61,523 nucleotides of DNA from NCBI GenBank assembly GCA_964389545.1, contig CAYMDN010000004.1, positions 1 to 61,523 of the forward strand, read 5' to 3'. The position numbers were made by a program, and so were the translations under genes. Each line of letters begins with the position of its first letter. Position 1 is the stretch's first letter. Source of the stretch: an uncultured Clostridium sp. (GTDB taxonomy: Bacteria; Bacillota; Clostridia; TANB77; CAG-508). The notes under the pieces were generated by a model. The model worked only from the letters and a program-made list of their open reading frames with translations, was not told the origin of the DNA and did not search any database. Shown in pieces: positions 50,665-61,000 of this stretch.

Positions 50665-50715
50665 TTTATCTCCTTATACACTATTTTTTTTAGATTATGT
50701 TTCTTAGTAAATATA

Positions 50716-51540
50716 TTATTTTCGTACTGGTCCATAAAACCAAATATGTGGTGCACTTGTAGTTTTATTTAAGTGATAATGCGGATAAAATCCTTCGGCT
50801 CCGTTATGATGTGCTTGGTGTAACACTCTACCTGGATAAAATTTGACTAAAGCATATGCCGCATTTTGGCTAATACACATTACATTTCCTCCTTGTGCAA
50901 TTCTTAATCTTGCTTGTGAATATGTTAATTCGTCTTCAGAATTATTTTGTCCAAGTGGTTTAGGATTTCCATTAACAGCCCAATACTGTACTTGTTTTGG
51001 TTTGGTTCTTGGTATTGCTTCTACTCTTGTATCCGCCTTTGCATTTTCTTTGGCTTTATATCCCTCATAAATTGTTCCACCAACTGCAATTCCGCCCATA
51101 AAGCTTGCAACTGCCAATCCTAAATCTGTAAGAGCTGTTGCAGCTGCACCTATCCATGGTAGTGCTATTGCAAAATTTCCGTTATAATCTACACTATTTA
51201 TTGGATTGTTTCCACAGTATGCATATATATTATGGCTTAATAGTGTTCCTATTTGCCCTCCATAGTTGTCTCCATTTATAAATCTTCCCCATTCTGGGTT
51301 GTAGTATCTTGAGTTTAAGTAGTATAATTGTGTTTCGCTGTCGTATCTGTAGCTTCTGTATCTATATGGGTTTACTTGTCCTACATTGTTTTGGTCTGTT
51401 ATTTCTTGGTTGTTTTTATCTTTTATACTTATTACATTTCCCCAGCTATCGTATGTATATATGATACTATCTTTTCTTGGGTATTGTCAAAGAATTCTTA
51501 TAACGTTTCCTTTGTCATCGTAGTAATGGTATATATTTTT
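50716..51540 (-). pseudogene. Orphan RHS repeat-associated core plus C-terminal toxin-like tip, 5'-truncated and frameshifted
   Basis: YTYDSWGN, NPYRYRSYRYDSETQLYYLNSRYYNPEWGRFINGD, YAYCGNNPINSVDYNG; no start codon for the core; indels near 51460 and 51490. Confidence 0.85.
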
Positions 51541-51641
51541 TATATTAAATTTTCTAATTGCTTACTTCAATATCATATATTTGAGATTTTACAGGTTCTT
51601 TATCTTCTGGAATTTTTTATGCTTCCATTGTTCTCATTTTT

Positions 51642-52649
51642 TTATTTATACATATTTTCATACAAATTTTTTGCTCTTTCATCCTCAATTGTATATTCCT
51701 TATTTGTGATAGTGTATCTTTCATATTGTGATTGATTAAATGTTACATCTTCATCTGTTACATTGTTTTTATAAAATGATATTGTTGTTTCATCATATGA
51801 TTCTCCATATATGTCTTGAACTGCTCTTATTGGTATAAAAGTTTCTTTATCTATCCATATCTCATTATACGAATTTTTGTTTTCTGTTCTTAATACATAA
51901 CATTCTTTTCCTTGAAATCTTTCCACTCGTAAATTATTATGAAGAGCCAATCCTGATTTTAAATATATACCTACAAAAGAATTAAGTTCTTTAAGATAAA
52001 AGTCTATCGATATATACATATAATTAATATTTCTTAATTTAGGAACTTGTATATAGTTTGTTGTATATTTTACTATTTCTTTTTGTTCTTCATTTATGCT
52101 CATCTCTTCCTTACTATCAACTTCACCATATGCTAAACCTTCAGTTGCACCATCAAATTTAGCATTAATTGCTATAGTTTTTGATACTTCTTTATATTTA
52201 CCATCTTTATAATAGTATTCTTCGTAGTAAGTCATTTCTTCTGATGTTTTATAGTTTATTCTATGTGAAGTTGTATAAATACTGTAATTTTCAAGTTGCA
52301 ATAACTCTTGTTTCGTCGTATTTGCATTATCGAAAATATTATTTATTTTAATATATTTTATAACAAATGATATAACCATAAAAAGCACAATTATTGCAAA
52401 TGCCATAGCACATACTTTTAAAAGTAGAAATTTCTTTCTATATTTTTTTAAATGTTCGAAATCAGCTTTTTCTTCTCTCTTACTTCTATTTTCTTTTTTT
52501 ATTTTTTCCTCTTTCATTAATTCAAGCTTTTGTTTACATTGACTACAGCTACTAATATGATTTTCCACATATTCGTTTGTTTCTTTCGTCAACAAATTCT
52601 CTATATAATTTGGCAATAAATCGCCAATAATTTCACATTCATTTTTCAT
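51642..52649 (-). CDS. Zinc-finger (zf-HC2) anti-sigma factor with TM helix and extracellular domain
   Basis: CEIIGDLLPNYIE..HISSCSQC, TM helix; overlaps the sigma gene. Confidence 0.85.
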   Translation of the reverse strand: MKNECEIIGDLLPNYIENLLTKETNEYVENHISSCSQCKQKLELMKEEKIKKENRSKREEKADFEHLKKYRKKFLLLKVCAMAFAIIVLFMVISFVIKYIKINNIFDNANTTKQELLQLENYSIYTTSHRINYKTSEEMTYYEEYYYKDGKYKEVSKTIAINAKFDGATEGLAYGEVDSKEEMSINEEQKEIVKYTTNYIQVPKLRNINYMYISIDFYLKELNSFVGIYLKSGLALHNNLRVERFQGKECYVLRTENKNSYNEIWIDKETFIPIRAVQDIYGESYDETTISFYKNNVTDEDVTFNQSQYERYTITNKEYTIEDERAKNLYENMYK

Positions 52650-53127
52650 TTTTTAATATCATCTCCTTTATTTTTAATTTACCTCTATAAAAAGTTACTC
52701 TTGCCCATTCCTCAGATTTCCCAATTATTTCTGCTATTTCCTTAAATGTAAGTTCTCCCTTTATTCTTAGATAAAAAACATCTCTTGTAGATTCATCTAA
52801 TTTTTGTATTGCCTTGTATAATTGCTTAATATCTTCTTTATCTGTTAATTGCTCTAAAATATTATCTTCTATAGTTATTTCTTCACCATTGTTTTCTAAC
52901 GATATAAGTTTCATTTTATTAGATTTAGTTAAATAATCTTTCCACTTGTTTTTAGCTATTTGACACAACCATACAGATATTTTGCTGTTTCCATTAAAAC
53001 TGTTTACGCATTTCATTGCATCAAAAAAGGTTTCTTGCATTAGTTCTTCAGAGAGCTCTATATTACTAGTTAGAGTATACAGATAATTATAGACAAGTCT
53101 TGAATACTTTTTATATAGTTTTTCCAT
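52639..53127 (-). CDS. ECF RNA polymerase sigma factor
   Basis: EELMQETF, WLCQIAKN, LTFKEIAEIIGKSEEWARVTFYRGK. Confidence 0.92.
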   Translation of the reverse strand: MEKLYKKYSRLVYNYLYTLTSNIELSEELMQETFFDAMKCVNSFNGNSKISVWLCQIAKNKWKDYLTKSNKMKLISLENNGEEITIEDNILEQLTDKEDIKQLYKAIQKLDESTRDVFYLRIKGELTFKEIAEIIGKSEEWARVTFYRGKLKIKEMILKNEK

Positions 53128-53154
53128 TTTCTCCTCCTTCCTTATATATATTAA

Positions 53155-53181
53155 GTCCTTAAAATTTATACTTTTGTTACA
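53155..53181 (-). promoter_or_regulatory. ECF-type promoter TGTAAC-17-GGAC
   Basis: Same position and spacing as the promoter of the paralogous sigma gene. Confidence 0.55.
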
Positions 53182-53299
53182 AAAAATACTATTTTTTAAT
53201 TATCTTTTTCTATTCCTATTGCACAATGTAAGTGTGTTACAAGCAAAATTAAATCTATATTTTTCTCCTTTCCTACTTGCTATTATCATTAATTCTATT

Positions 53300-54280
53300 T
53301 TAATTATTCTTTATGATATAATCTTTATATTGTTCTTGATTAAACTCAACGTCTTCATCTGTTACACTGTTTTCATTATAAAAAAAGATTGTTTCTTTAA
53401 ATTCATTTGATTCATTGCTTATAATTCTAATTGGTCTATAATTTTCCTTGTCATACCATCTTTCTTGATAATGACTTTCATTTTCTTTTATAATATAGCA
53501 CTCTATGCCTAAGAAATTATCTTCCTGTATATTGTTATCTGAAAAATTCATTGCAAAATTTGCTTTCCAATCCTTATCATCTGCACTTATTATTTCTACA
53601 AGAGCATATGAATAAACAAGATGTTTGATATAGTGCGATTCTTCATATGAGATAGTTATATTTTCTATTTTTTTATTTCTTGGAAATATTCTAACTTTAT
53701 CATCTGAATTAGTACTTCCATATTCTATTTTATCTATAATTACTCCATCTGAACCATTTAATGCTTCTTCAATATTTAAATTATCATTTGATATAAGTTT
53801 ATCTACTATTTTATATTTTCCATCTTTATAGTAATATTCTTGAATTGACTTTACTATCATCTCACCAGTTTCTTTATTTTCATATCCCCAAATTTTATAT
53901 ATGCTGTAATTATTCGAATTTTCTAGTTCTTGTCTGCTATTTACTACATTTTTTGCAATAATATTGTATGTATTATAATTCATAGCAAATTTTAAACCCA
54001 CTAAAAGAGCTATTACAATAATTGCAACCAATATAATTACAACTCTTTTTATAACTTTCATTTTCTTTTTATATTTTTTTAAATGGTCTACTTCAATTTC
54101 TTCTTCTTTTTCTTTTTTATTATTGCTATCAGTTGTATTATTTTGCATTAATTCCAATATTTTCTTACATTCATCACATCCATTTATGTGATTTTCAATA
54201 TATTCTGCTGTGTCTTTGCTTACCAAGTTTTCAATGTAATTTGGCAACAAATCTTGAATAATATTACATTCCTGCTTCAT
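53300..54280 (-). CDS. Zinc-finger (zf-HC2) anti-sigma factor, paralog
   Basis: CNIIQDLLPNYIE..HINGCDEC, TM helix. Confidence 0.85.
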   Translation of the reverse strand: MKQECNIIQDLLPNYIENLVSKDTAEYIENHINGCDECKKILELMQNNTTDSNNKKEKEEEIEVDHLKKYKKKMKVIKRVVIILVAIIVIALLVGLKFAMNYNTYNIIAKNVVNSRQELENSNNYSIYKIWGYENKETGEMIVKSIQEYYYKDGKYKIVDKLISNDNLNIEEALNGSDGVIIDKIEYGSTNSDDKVRIFPRNKKIENITISYEESHYIKHLVYSYALVEIISADDKDWKANFAMNFSDNNIQEDNFLGIECYIIKENESHYQERWYDKENYRPIRIISNESNEFKETIFFYNENSVTDEDVEFNQEQYKDYIIKNN

Positions 54281-54758
54281 CTTTTAACAATTCCTCCTTT
54301 AATTTTAGTTTTCCTCTATAAAAAGTTACTCTCGCCCATTGCTCAGTCTTTCCCATTATTTCTGCAATTTCCCTGAATGAAAGTTCTCCTTTTAATCTTA
54401 GATTAAAAAGCGCTCTCTCTTCTTCATCTAATTTATATATCGCTCTATATAAATCTATAGTCTCACTTTTAATTTGCAATTCTTCTCTCAATTCTTCTTC
54501 AAATTCCAAATTATCAATATTTTCATTTAAGGATATAATTTTTTTCTTATTATTTTTTCTTAGATAATCTTTCCATTTATTTTTTGCTATTTGATATAAC
54601 CATACAATTATTGTACTATCTCCTTTGAATTTATCAATTCCTTTAATTGCCGAATAGAAAGTTTCCTGCATTAATTCCTCAGATAGTTCAATATCATTGG
54701 TTAAACCATACAGATAATGATATATAAGTAGTGAATACTTCTTGTATATTTCTTCCAC
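54264..54758 (-). CDS. ECF RNA polymerase sigma factor, paralog
   Basis: EELMQETF, WLYQIAKN, LSFREIAEIMGKTEQWARVTFYRGK. Confidence 0.92.
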   Translation of the reverse strand: MEEIYKKYSLLIYHYLYGLTNDIELSEELMQETFYSAIKGIDKFKGDSTIIVWLYQIAKNKWKDYLRKNNKKKIISLNENIDNLEFEEELREELQIKSETIDLYRAIYKLDEEERALFNLRLKGELSFREIAEIMGKTEQWARVTFYRGKLKLKEELLKDEAGM

Positions 54759-54783
54759 TTTCTTTCTCCCTTCTATATAGTAA

Positions 54784-54810
54784 GACGTTGTTGCAATTAA
54801 TTTTGTTACA
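54784..54810 (-). promoter_or_regulatory. ECF-type promoter TGTAAC-17-CGTC
   Basis: Classic AAC/CGT ECF elements just upstream of the sigma RBS. Confidence 0.65.
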
Positions 54811-54869
54811 AAAAATAAATTATTTATAAATTATTGTAATCTTTTATATAAATTTATAAAATTTTAGTC

Positions 54870-54902
54870 AAAAAAAAGTAACGTTTTTTACGTTACTTTT
54901 TT
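54870..54902 (-). terminator. Terminator after mltG
   Basis: aaaaaaagtaacg-tttttta-cgttacttttt. Confidence 0.7.
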
Positions 54903-54907
54903 ATTTT

Positions 54908-55975
54908 TTAAAATTCATGCCACATATCGTTTGCTTGTAGTTCTTCTATTATGGCTTCATGTTCTGCGTATGTTGTTGTGAAGTATATTTTTAAGTTTTT
55001 GTCTGATACGAAGAATAAATAGTCTGTGTCATCTGGTCTTATTACTGATTCTATACTTGTTCTTGATGGTGAGCATACTGGTCCTATTGGTAGTTTTCCT
55101 TCCATGTTTGGTCCACGTGTATTGTATGGGCTGTATGTGTCTAGCTCGCTTTGTAGTATTGCTCTTTCATGAATTGGTACTCCTATTGCATAATATGCTG
55201 ATACGTCACTTCCTAATGCTTCTCCTCTATCTAATCTGTTATAAAATACACTTGCTACTCCTTTTCTATCTGCTTGACTTGCACATTCTAGTTCAACTAT
55301 TGATGCTAATGATAGTAGTTCATGTACTGAGTACTCGCTTTTTTCTATTTCATCTTTATATGAATTTAAAACAATTTCCATTTGGTCTAACATTTTTTCG
55401 AATATTTCTTCTACTGTTGCATCTCTATCTGCTAAAGCATATGTATCTGGGAATAGGTATCCTTCTAATGGGTAACGGATGTTTTCATCTTTTATTGTAT
55501 CTGTAAGGAACCAATATTTTTCTATCATTTTGTCTATATATTCTTCATTTTCTAATAGGTCATATACATCTTGTTCTTTGTTGTTTGTTCTTTCGTTTAT
55601 AGTTTTTGCAAGCCATACTATATCTTTTCCTTCTATAAATGTAATTGATATTTCATTTGGGTCAAACATGATTCCTGTTTTTAGCATTTCTGTAATATTT
55701 TCTAAATTCATGTTTTCTTTTAAATAATATGTTCCTGCTTGAAAGTCTGTTATTTTGTTTAATTTAACATATATTTTGAATGCTAATTCATTTTTTATTA
55801 AATTATTTTCTTTTAAAATTTTTGCTATTTGTGTTGTTGATGTCCCAAGTGGTACTACTATTTCTTTTTCCGTATTGTCTTCGCTAACTGCTCCTATTAG
55901 GCTATTGTACGCTAATATTCCTCCTATACATATTATAATTATTAATGCTATTAAAGCTAGAACTATCTTTTTCAA
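54908..55975 (-). CDS. mltG: Endolytic transglycosylase MltG (YceG)
   Basis: LEGYLFPDTY, LASIVELE, ASVFYNRL, SPYNT, LPIGPV, DYLFFV. Confidence 0.93.
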   Translation of the reverse strand: MKKIVLALIALIIIICIGGILAYNSLIGAVSEDNTEKEIVVPLGTSTTQIAKILKENNLIKNELAFKIYVKLNKITDFQAGTYYLKENMNLENITEMLKTGIMFDPNEISITFIEGKDIVWLAKTINERTNNKEQDVYDLLENEEYIDKMIEKYWFLTDTIKDENIRYPLEGYLFPDTYALADRDATVEEIFEKMLDQMEIVLNSYKDEIEKSEYSVHELLSLASIVELECASQADRKGVASVFYNRLDRGEALGSDVSAYYAIGVPIHERAILQSELDTYSPYNTRGPNMEGKLPIGPVCSPSRTSIESVIRPDDTDYLFFVSDKNLKIYFTTTYAEHEAIIEELQANDMWHEF

Positions 55976-55987
55976 TTATTTTTCCCC

Positions 55988-57112
55988 CTATTTTGATATT
56001 ATATAATCCACTATTGTTTTGTATGTGTTTTCGTCTATTCCTTCATTTTGTACTATGCTTGCATATACTCCTATTGCTCGTAATCGTGGTGTTAATTCTA
56101 TAATTAATCTATCTAATCCTGGTGTATTGCCATTCATATTAATTATTATTCCGTTTATTTTTGCTGTTTTTGCTAAATTTATTATATTGTTTATTAACTT
56201 GTCTCTATTTGCATAGTCTGCAAAGTCTGTTCCATTGTTTGAGATTGTTGCCCAAATTCTTTCGTTGTTTGTTCTTATTGTTGGCAATGTTTCTTTTAAA
56301 AGCAGTCCACTGCTGTTAATTTCTAATAAATCTTTTACTGTAATTTCTTTTCCGTCTGCTTGTTGTTTTTCTGTTTTTTGTATGTTTATGCTTATCTTTT
56401 TTGCTTCTTGTTGTTGATTTGAGTCTGTTCTTACTATCATTTCATTTGTTAGTGTGTTTGCTTTAACATATCCTATTTTTCCGCTTTCTGTTCTTATTTG
56501 TCTCCAACCTTTACTTGTTGTATAGAAAGCGTATACTTTTTCTCCTGTTTTTACATCCATTACATTTTTTGAAAGTCTTGGTCTGTATTTCATTGTTGTA
56601 TCTTCGCTTAATTCTGCTGTTATTAATCCTTTGTCTAAGTCGTCTATTACTACCACATCAGTATCTTTTATATAGTCTACTTTTATATTGTAGACTTCTT
56701 CGAACTCTGATACTGGTATATACATTATTCCTTCTAAATAGACTATTGGTCCTTTAGTTTCTGATGATACACCGTTTTTGTGTATTACTGTTTCTCCTAT
56801 TTTCATGCTTGTTGCTACTTTGTATGATGTTGTGATTATTGTGTCTGTTTTTTCATCATGATATATTGTGTTATCTATTAGGTTACTTATATCGTCTTTT
56901 GATAGGTATATAACTCCATCTTCGTTTATATATACTATGTGTTTTAATTGCTCTGTTACATTTGTATCTGCAATGACTAGATTTGTTATGTTTGCGTATT
57001 TATCTCTTTTAAATCCTGGTGCTGTACTTACAATGAACTCTGCAACTGTTACAGCTATTACCCCGATTAAAATATTTCTTAAAAACTTAAAATTTATTTT
57101 TTCTTTAAGCAT
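55988..57112 (-). CDS. Membrane-anchored protein with a copper-amine-oxidase-N-like domain, an SH3-like domain and a truncated GH18-like tail
   Basis: N-terminal TM, MYIPVS, WRQIRTESGKIGYVK, RDKLINNI..INGIIIN. Confidence 0.55.
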   Translation of the reverse strand: MLKEKINFKFLRNILIGVIAVTVAEFIVSTAPGFKRDKYANITNLVIADTNVTEQLKHIVYINEDGVIYLSKDDISNLIDNTIYHDEKTDTIITTSYKVATSMKIGETVIHKNGVSSETKGPIVYLEGIMYIPVSEFEEVYNIKVDYIKDTDVVVIDDLDKGLITAELSEDTTMKYRPRLSKNVMDVKTGEKVYAFYTTSKGWRQIRTESGKIGYVKANTLTNEMIVRTDSNQQQEAKKISINIQKTEKQQADGKEITVKDLLEINSSGLLLKETLPTIRTNNERIWATISNNGTDFADYANRDKLINNIINLAKTAKINGIIINMNGNTPGLDRLIIELTPRLRAIGVYASIVQNEGIDENTYKTIVDYIISK

Positions 57113-57246
57113 TTTATTCTCCTTTTTGATATGCCTATTAGTATATCAAAAAACTTTGTATAATAACAGAGTTTTTTGAAAAAAAGGTAAAGTTTTCTTG
57201 AGTTTTGTCTTGATACTGTTGTATAATAGTAATGGTAGGTGGTTTT

Positions 57247-57981
57247 ATGTTATTAAAGGCAATGACATTTAATATGTGTCATGGTGAAGGATTAGATGGA
57301 AGGATTGATGTTCGTAGGCAAGCAACTTTTTTAAAAAAGTACAAACCTGATATTATTTTTCTCCAGGAAATAGACATGTATACTCGTAGATCTTATAACA
57401 AAAGCCAAATCTATACTTTTAGTAAATATGCTGAATTACCTTATCGTTCTATGGGAACAAATATTAAATATAAAAATGGTTATTATGGTGACGGAATTTT
57501 ATCAAGATTTCCTATAGAATTTTCTTGTAATTATTTATCTCCAACTACATCTCCAAATCATGAGCAAAGAGGTTTTTTATGTAATAAGATGGTTTTTGGT
57601 TCAGTTAAAATTAATTTATTTTCTCTCCATCTTTCGTTATTTGAAGAAGAAAGAATTTTATCTGCTCAAAGACTTTTAAGAATTACTTCTCATTTAAGTA
57701 AAAATGAAAGAATTATTATTGCTGGAGATTTTAATGTTGGTATTAGTAAAATTGGTGATCATCAATATGTTTATGAAAATAGGGAAACTTATGAAGAGTA
57801 TGAAATATTGAAAAGAAAATTTCATAAAATGGAAAATGATTCTCCAACTTGGTTTTCTGAAACTGGTACAGGTTGTATAGATACTTGTTTTTATTCAAAT
57901 AATTTAACTCTTAAAAAGTTTGAAACAATTCCAACTGACATTTCGGATCATTACCCAATTTACATGGAATTTGATGTATAA
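57247..57981 (+). CDS. Endonuclease/exonuclease/phosphatase family protein
   Basis: MTFN, PDIIFLQEID, ILSRFPI, AGDFN, SDHYP. Confidence 0.9.
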   Translation: MLLKAMTFNMCHGEGLDGRIDVRRQATFLKKYKPDIIFLQEIDMYTRRSYNKSQIYTFSKYAELPYRSMGTNIKYKNGYYGDGILSRFPIEFSCNYLSPTTSPNHEQRGFLCNKMVFGSVKINLFSLHLSLFEEERILSAQRLLRITSHLSKNERIIIAGDFNVGISKIGDHQYVYENRETYEEYEILKRKFHKMENDSPTWFSETGTGCIDTCFYSNNLTLKKFETIPTDISDHYPIYMEFDV

Positions 57982-58006
57982 AAAAAGAACCCTTATGGGT
58001 TCTTTT
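57981..58006. terminator. Bidirectional terminator
   Basis: aaaagaaccc-ttat-gggttctttt. Confidence 0.75.
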
Positions 58007-58012
58007 CTGTTT

Positions 58013-61000
58013 TTATTTTAATTTCATTGATAATAGTTTACTGATTCCCTTTTCTTCCATTGTTATTCCGTAAACCGTGTCTGCTGCTTCCATTGTTCCT
58101 TTTCTGTGTGTTATTACTAAAAATTGTGTTTGATGTGTATATTTTTTTAGATAATCTGCAAATCTGTATACATTTACCTCGTCTAGTGCCGCTTCTATCT
58201 CATCTAGTACACAAAATGGTGCTGGGTTTATTCTTAGTATTGCAAATAATAGTGCTATAGCTGTAAATGCTTTTTCTCCTCCTGATAGTAAGCTCATGTT
58301 TTGCAGTTTTTTTCCTGGTGGTTGTACTTCTATATCTATTCCTGATTCTAGTATGTTGGCTTCATCTGTTAAAATAAGTTCTGCTTTTCCTCCTCCAAAT
58401 AGTTCTTTAAATACTTCTTCAAAGTTTTTGTTTATTATTTTGAATTGGTTTGCGAATTGATCTTGCATTATTTGAGTCATTTCGGTAATTACGTCTCTTA
58501 GTTTGCTTGATGAGTTTTCTAGGTCTAATCGCTGTTCACACATAAAGTCGTATCTTTCTCTCGTTTTCTTATATTCTTCTATTGAGTTTATATTTATGTC
58601 TCCTAATTCTTTTATTCCTTCTCTTAATTGCTTTACTCTTTTTGTTGTTTCTGCTAAGTCTGATGGTTTTTTATAGTCTCCTACGTTGTTTGGAGTCATC
58701 TCATAATCTTCCCACATTTTGTTTACTATTTGTTCTAGCTCTAGTTCATTTTTTGATTTTCTAAATTCTAGTTTTGATATTTCGTTTTTTAAGTCTTCTA
58801 TTATATTGTACTTTTCATCTATATCTTTATCATTTTTTGCAATTTTTTCGTTTTTAGTTGTTCTTTCTGATTTTAGTTTTTCTATTATTTCTGAACTATT
58901 TGTTACTGCTAGTTTTATTCTTTCAATTTCTGCTTTTGATTGTACAATGGTTCCTTGCAATTGTTTATTTTGTTCTACTATTTGTGCTCTCTGTGCTCTT
59001 TTCTTTTCTGCATTGTTTGAATTGTTTGTTATCTCGTTATTAATTCTATCAATAATCTCTTGCATTGAATTATTGCTTTCATCAAATGAAGTTAATGATA
59101 TTTTTAAGTTTGTTACATCAAAGTTTAAGTCGTCTATAATTTTTTGATTTTCTTTATTTTTGTTTGCAAATTCATCTATTATTTTGCTTAGATTATTTGT
59201 TTCTGTATCTAGTGTTTCAATCTCCTGGTTGTATTTTTTTATTGCTTCTTCGTTTTCTATTTTGTTTTTATCTAATTCTACTTTTTCTATTTTTAGTGAT
59301 TGTAATTTTTCTTCTAGTTTTGTAATTGATTCTTCTAGTGAAGATAGTCTTTGTTTTTCTGTTGCATATTCTATTTCTGTTTCTTGAACTTGTTGTTCAA
59401 GTGCTCCTATTTCTTCTAATAGTGCTTCTAATGGTTTTTCGTATTTTTCTTTTTCTGCTGTTTCTTGGTCTATTTGTTTTTTTAATGTTTTTACTTCTTT
59501 TTCTAGTTCGTCTATTTGTAGTTTTCTTCCTATAATATTCTTACCTTTTTGTGTTACTGAGCCTCCTGTTATTGATCCACTTGGTGTAATAATATCGCCT
59601 TTTAGTGTAACAATCTTAAATGCGTATTTATTTTGTTTTGCAAGTGCTATTGCAGTTTCTATATCTTCTACGACTACGGTTTTTCCTAATAAATTTGCTA
59701 TTATGTCTTTATATTCTTCGTTTACTTTTATAAGCGTATCTGCAATTCCTATTACACCTTGTATTCCACTTGTAATTAGTTTTTCTATGTTGTTTGGTTT
59801 TACTGAGCTTATTGGTAAGAATGATGCTCTTCCTAAATTGTTTGTTCTTAAATATTCTATAATTTTCTTTGCATCGTCTTCTGTATCTGTAACTATGTTT
59901 TGTAGTGTCGAACCTAATGCCATTTCTATAGCTACTTGATATTCTTTTGGAACTGTTATTAAATTTGCTAGAACTCCATGTACTCCATTTTTGTTTTCAT
60001 ATTCTTGAAGGATTGATTTTACTGCTTTTGAGTATCCTTCTTTTTCTTTTTCCATGTCTGCTAAGAATTTAAGTTTTGAATCTTTAACTCTTAATTCATC
60101 TGTTAGCGCATTTATTTTGTCTTCAAAAACCTTTATTTTTTCCGTACTTTCTTGTTTTTGTGTATTTGTTGTTTCTAGTCTTTCCTTTTGAATCTTTCTT
60201 TGATTTTCTTTTTCTGCAAATGTTTTGCTTATGTCTGATTTTAATAGTCTTTTTTGATCTAATTCTGATATTGTACTTGATATTTCATTTTCAAGTGTTT
60301 TTCCTCTTTTTATGAAGTTCTCGTTGTTTGTTTCTGCTATACTTATTGCTTCTCTTTTTTCGTATTTGATTTCAGCATTTTCGTCTACTTTTTTCTTTTT
60401 TTCTTCTATTTCAATTTCTTCTGCTGATAGTTGTTTTGTAAGTTCATCTAATTTAGCTTGTTTTTCTTCTAATTGTTTAGAAAATCTTTCTCTCTCATTT
60501 GAAAGGTTATCTTTTTTTGCTAGCTTTGATGTTTTGTCTTCTTCTAATGTTTTATTTCTTGCTTCTAATTCTGTTATCTCTTTTAAATAACTTTCATAGT
60601 TTAGTTTGTTGTTTATAATTTTTTCTGTTGCTATATTTATCTGTGAAGTTATTTGTTCTTGTTTTTTTCCAGTTTCAAAGCCTAAATTTTGGGTTTCTTC
60701 TATTTCTGTTGTTATTTCTTCTAATTCGTTTTTTAGGTTTTCTTTTAGGTTTTGTAATACTGATAATCTTGCATCTTCGTCATTTTTTTGCGACGCCATA
60801 ATGTTTATACTATTTGTTAGTTCTTCTATTTTTGCTTTATAGTTTTCTATATTATATACAAATAAGCCTATTTCAATAGACTTTAGTTCATCTCTTAAAT
60901 TTAAATATTTTTTTGCTTTTTCTGATTGTTCCTTTAATGGATCAATTTTGTCTTCTATTTCTGTTAATATATCATTTATTCTTAATAGGTTAAGTTTTGT

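Noticed and set aside
51486-51492. CTT-TGA-C, identical to the prfB +1 frameshift site, in the RHS remnant
   Set aside because: No SD-like stimulator, no upstream start codon, and a second indel about 30 nt away; better explained as decay
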